Origin: Candidatus Acetothermia bacterium
GTDB taxonomy: Bacteria > Bipolaricaulota > Bipolaricaulia > M55B111
Assembly (NCBI GenBank): GCA_046543235.1
Contig: JBKGZT010000027.1
Location: 1-17,014, forward strand
Direction of reading: 5' to 3'
Length of the DNA stretch: 17,014 bases
Part shown: piece by piece, positions 15,457 to 17,014 of the stretch
Layout: each line of letters opens with the position of its first letter
Numbering within the stretch: position 1 is the first letter of the stretch
Program-made: the position numbers and the translations under genes
The notes under the pieces: generated by a model
Told to the model about the DNA's origin: nothing
Database searches by the model: none
The model's input: the letters and a program-made list of their open reading frames with translations, nothing else

Positions 15457-16488
15457 TCAGTTGGCCATGAAATTCCTGATTTCCTCCACGGTCTTCTCGA
15501 TGTCTTTTTCGCTTACGTCCAGATGGGTGACGAACCTGATATTGCTCGCGTCCCTTGGTCCGATGATTATTCCTCGGTCCTTCAGGTATTCTGCCAGCTG
15601 GATCGCATCGACGCCACTCTCTTCGGTGTTAACGAAAAGGATGTTGGTCTCGGGGGGATCGGGAGTGAGGTCAAAGCCGAGCTCTTTGAGTTCTCGCCCC
15701 AGGTACCTGGCGTTTTTGTGGTCCTTTTTGAGTCTTCCCACGTGGTTGTCGAGGGCGTGGAGGCCGGCTGCTGCCAGTATTCCGACCTGACGCATTCCAC
15801 CGCCGAACCTCTTCCTTCCAACGAGCGCCTCGTCGATGAACTCCTGGTCTCCGACGAGTACCGAACCCACCGGCGCCCCCAGACCCTTTGAAAGGCAGAA
15901 CATGACTGAATCGAAGCCCGAGGCCAGTTCGGATGGTTTCCGGTCGGAAGCGATCGCGGCGTTGAATAACCTGGCGCCGTCAAGGTGGATTGGAATATTC
16001 TTCTTATTCGCGAATTCGGTCGTTGCTTCGAGTTTATTCGGGGGATATACCCTCCCGCCCCTGTTGTTGTGGGTGTTTTCGAGACAAATTAACCCGGTTT
16101 CCGGCAGGTAATACCTGTCCGGGTTTAATTCCTTTTTGATACTTTCGGGAGAGAGGGTTCCGTCGCTTGAAGTAATCGGTCTGGGCGTCACTCCGGAAAA
16201 AGACGACATGGTTCCCATCTCGTAATTGTACACGTGGCTTTTTTGTTCGACGATTACTTCCTCACCTGAAATCGTATGGGTCCAGATGGCAACCTGGTTT
16301 CCCATGCTGCCCGACGGAACGAATAGTCCCGCTTCGAATCCAAGTAAATCAGCGGCCTTTTCCTGAAGTTCGTTGACGGTTGGGTCCTCCCCATATACGT
16401 CGTCACCCACCCCGGCGCTGGCCATCTCCTGGCGCATCTCGTCAGTCGGTTTAGTTACGGTATCGCTGCGAAGGTCTATTTCGACCAT
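15457..16488 (-). CDS. ltaE: Low-specificity L-threonine aldolase (PLP-dependent)
   Basis: [43 protein letters not shown] lysine in [29 protein letters not shown]. Confidence 0.93.
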   Translation of the reverse strand: MVEIDLRSDTVTKPTDEMRQEMASAGVGDDVYGEDPTVNELQEKAADLLGFEAGLFVPSGSMGNQVAIWTHTISGEEVIVEQKSHVYNYEMGTMSSFSGVTPRPITSSDGTLSPESIKKELNPDRYYLPETGLICLENTHNNRGGRVYPPNKLEATTEFANKKNIPIHLDGARLFNAAIASDRKPSELASGFDSVMFCLSKGLGAPVGSVLVGDQEFIDEALVGRKRFGGGMRQVGILAAAGLHALDNHVGRLKKDHKNARYLGRELKELGFDLTPDPPETNILFVNTEESGVDAIQLAEYLKDRGIIIGPRDASNIRFVTHLDVSEKDIEKTVEEIRNFMAN

Positions 16489-16652
16489 CGTCTCACCTCA
16501 AAATTGGTTCATTTGCTCCAAAAAGACTAATCCAGAACCGCCTGCTATACAACTTTAAATATAGAATTTGCTCCGACCGAAAGCTTGATCGCCGGAAAAT
16601 CTATTAATATTGGTTATTTGCCTGTGATTTTTCAGAAAATGGGGTGAAACAC

Positions 16653-16681
16653 TTGACATGATCGACATCATGTTGTAAATT
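16653..16681 (+). promoter_or_regulatory. Strong sigma-70 promoter
   Basis: Perfect TTGACA (16653-16658), 17-nt spacer, TAAATT (16676-16681), upstream of the small ORF at 16766. Confidence 0.75.
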
Positions 16682-16714
16682 GATATAGATCAACTAAGCG
16701 AATGATGAAAATCA
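16659..16714. promoter_or_regulatory. Three tandem TGAT-N4-ATCA palindromic operators (FNR/Crp-family-like), 22-bp period
   Basis: TGATcgacATCA (16659-16670), TGATatagATCA (16681-16692, within perfect TTGAT-N4-ATCAA), TGATgaaaATCA (16703-16714). Confidence 0.7.
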
Positions 16715-16765
16715 AATATAGTTGTCTATTGTCTAAAGATCCTTTGGAAAATTGAAGGTGAAAAT

Positions 16766-16936
16766 ATGAGGGTAAAGGTAAAACAGAGAAAGCCCGATTA
16801 CTGGGAAGCTCTGCCCATGCCAAGAGAGTGGAGAGTAGTCGAAAGAGGGAACGGCGATCGGGAAGAGGAAAAAAGGGAAATGGCCAGATCGGTGATGGAG
16901 GAATGGTTATCCGTTCACCCGATGGATGGAGGGTAA
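16766..16936 (+). CDS. Small hypothetical protein, 56 aa, C-terminal Gly-Gly
   Basis: Hand translation MRVKVKQRKPDYWEALPMPREWRVVERGNGDREEEKREMARSVMEEWLSVHPMDGG*; SD GAAGGTG (16754-16760); purine-rich codon style like neighbouring genes; dedicated upstream promoter. Confidence 0.7.
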   Translation: MRVKVKQRKPDYWEALPMPREWRVVERGNGDREEEKREMARSVMEEWLSVHPMDGG

Positions 16937-17014
16937 GCGGTTGATACTTGTCTCTTAATTAACGGTTACCTTCAGCTTACACCGACATAACTCATTCCAG
17001 GATAGTGTAGAAAT

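Overview
A gene-dense housekeeping window with no mobile elements, CRISPR or tRNA/rRNA. It is most likely bacterial (sigma-70 gene, TTGACA-type promoters, strong SD sites) and halophilic (several Asp/Glu-rich proteins). Many genes look archaeal-type; Ca. Bipolaricaulota/Acetothermia is a plausible but unproven host. Gene order: ferritin/rubrerythrin-like protein; signal-peptide/coiled-coil/C-terminal-TM protein; smc-scpA-scpB with an unusually short SMC (842 aa, both arms about half length); ahcY (minus strand); a sigma-70 factor lacking region 1.1; a class I methyltransferase; a seven-gene pyrimidine operon (pyrF-E-B-I-K-C-D); DUF554 and ltaE (minus strand); and an unlisted 56-aa ORF ending in Gly-Gly. 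The most notable items are the symmetric mini-arm condensin, the di-glycine microprotein behind a strong promoter covered by three TGAT-N4-ATCA (FNR-type) boxes spaced exactly 22 bp apart, and a fourU-like hairpin hiding the SD of a sigma factor with an altered region 2.4. Several structured intergenic RNA candidates are also present. All family assignments come from motif recognition by eye; no searches were run.
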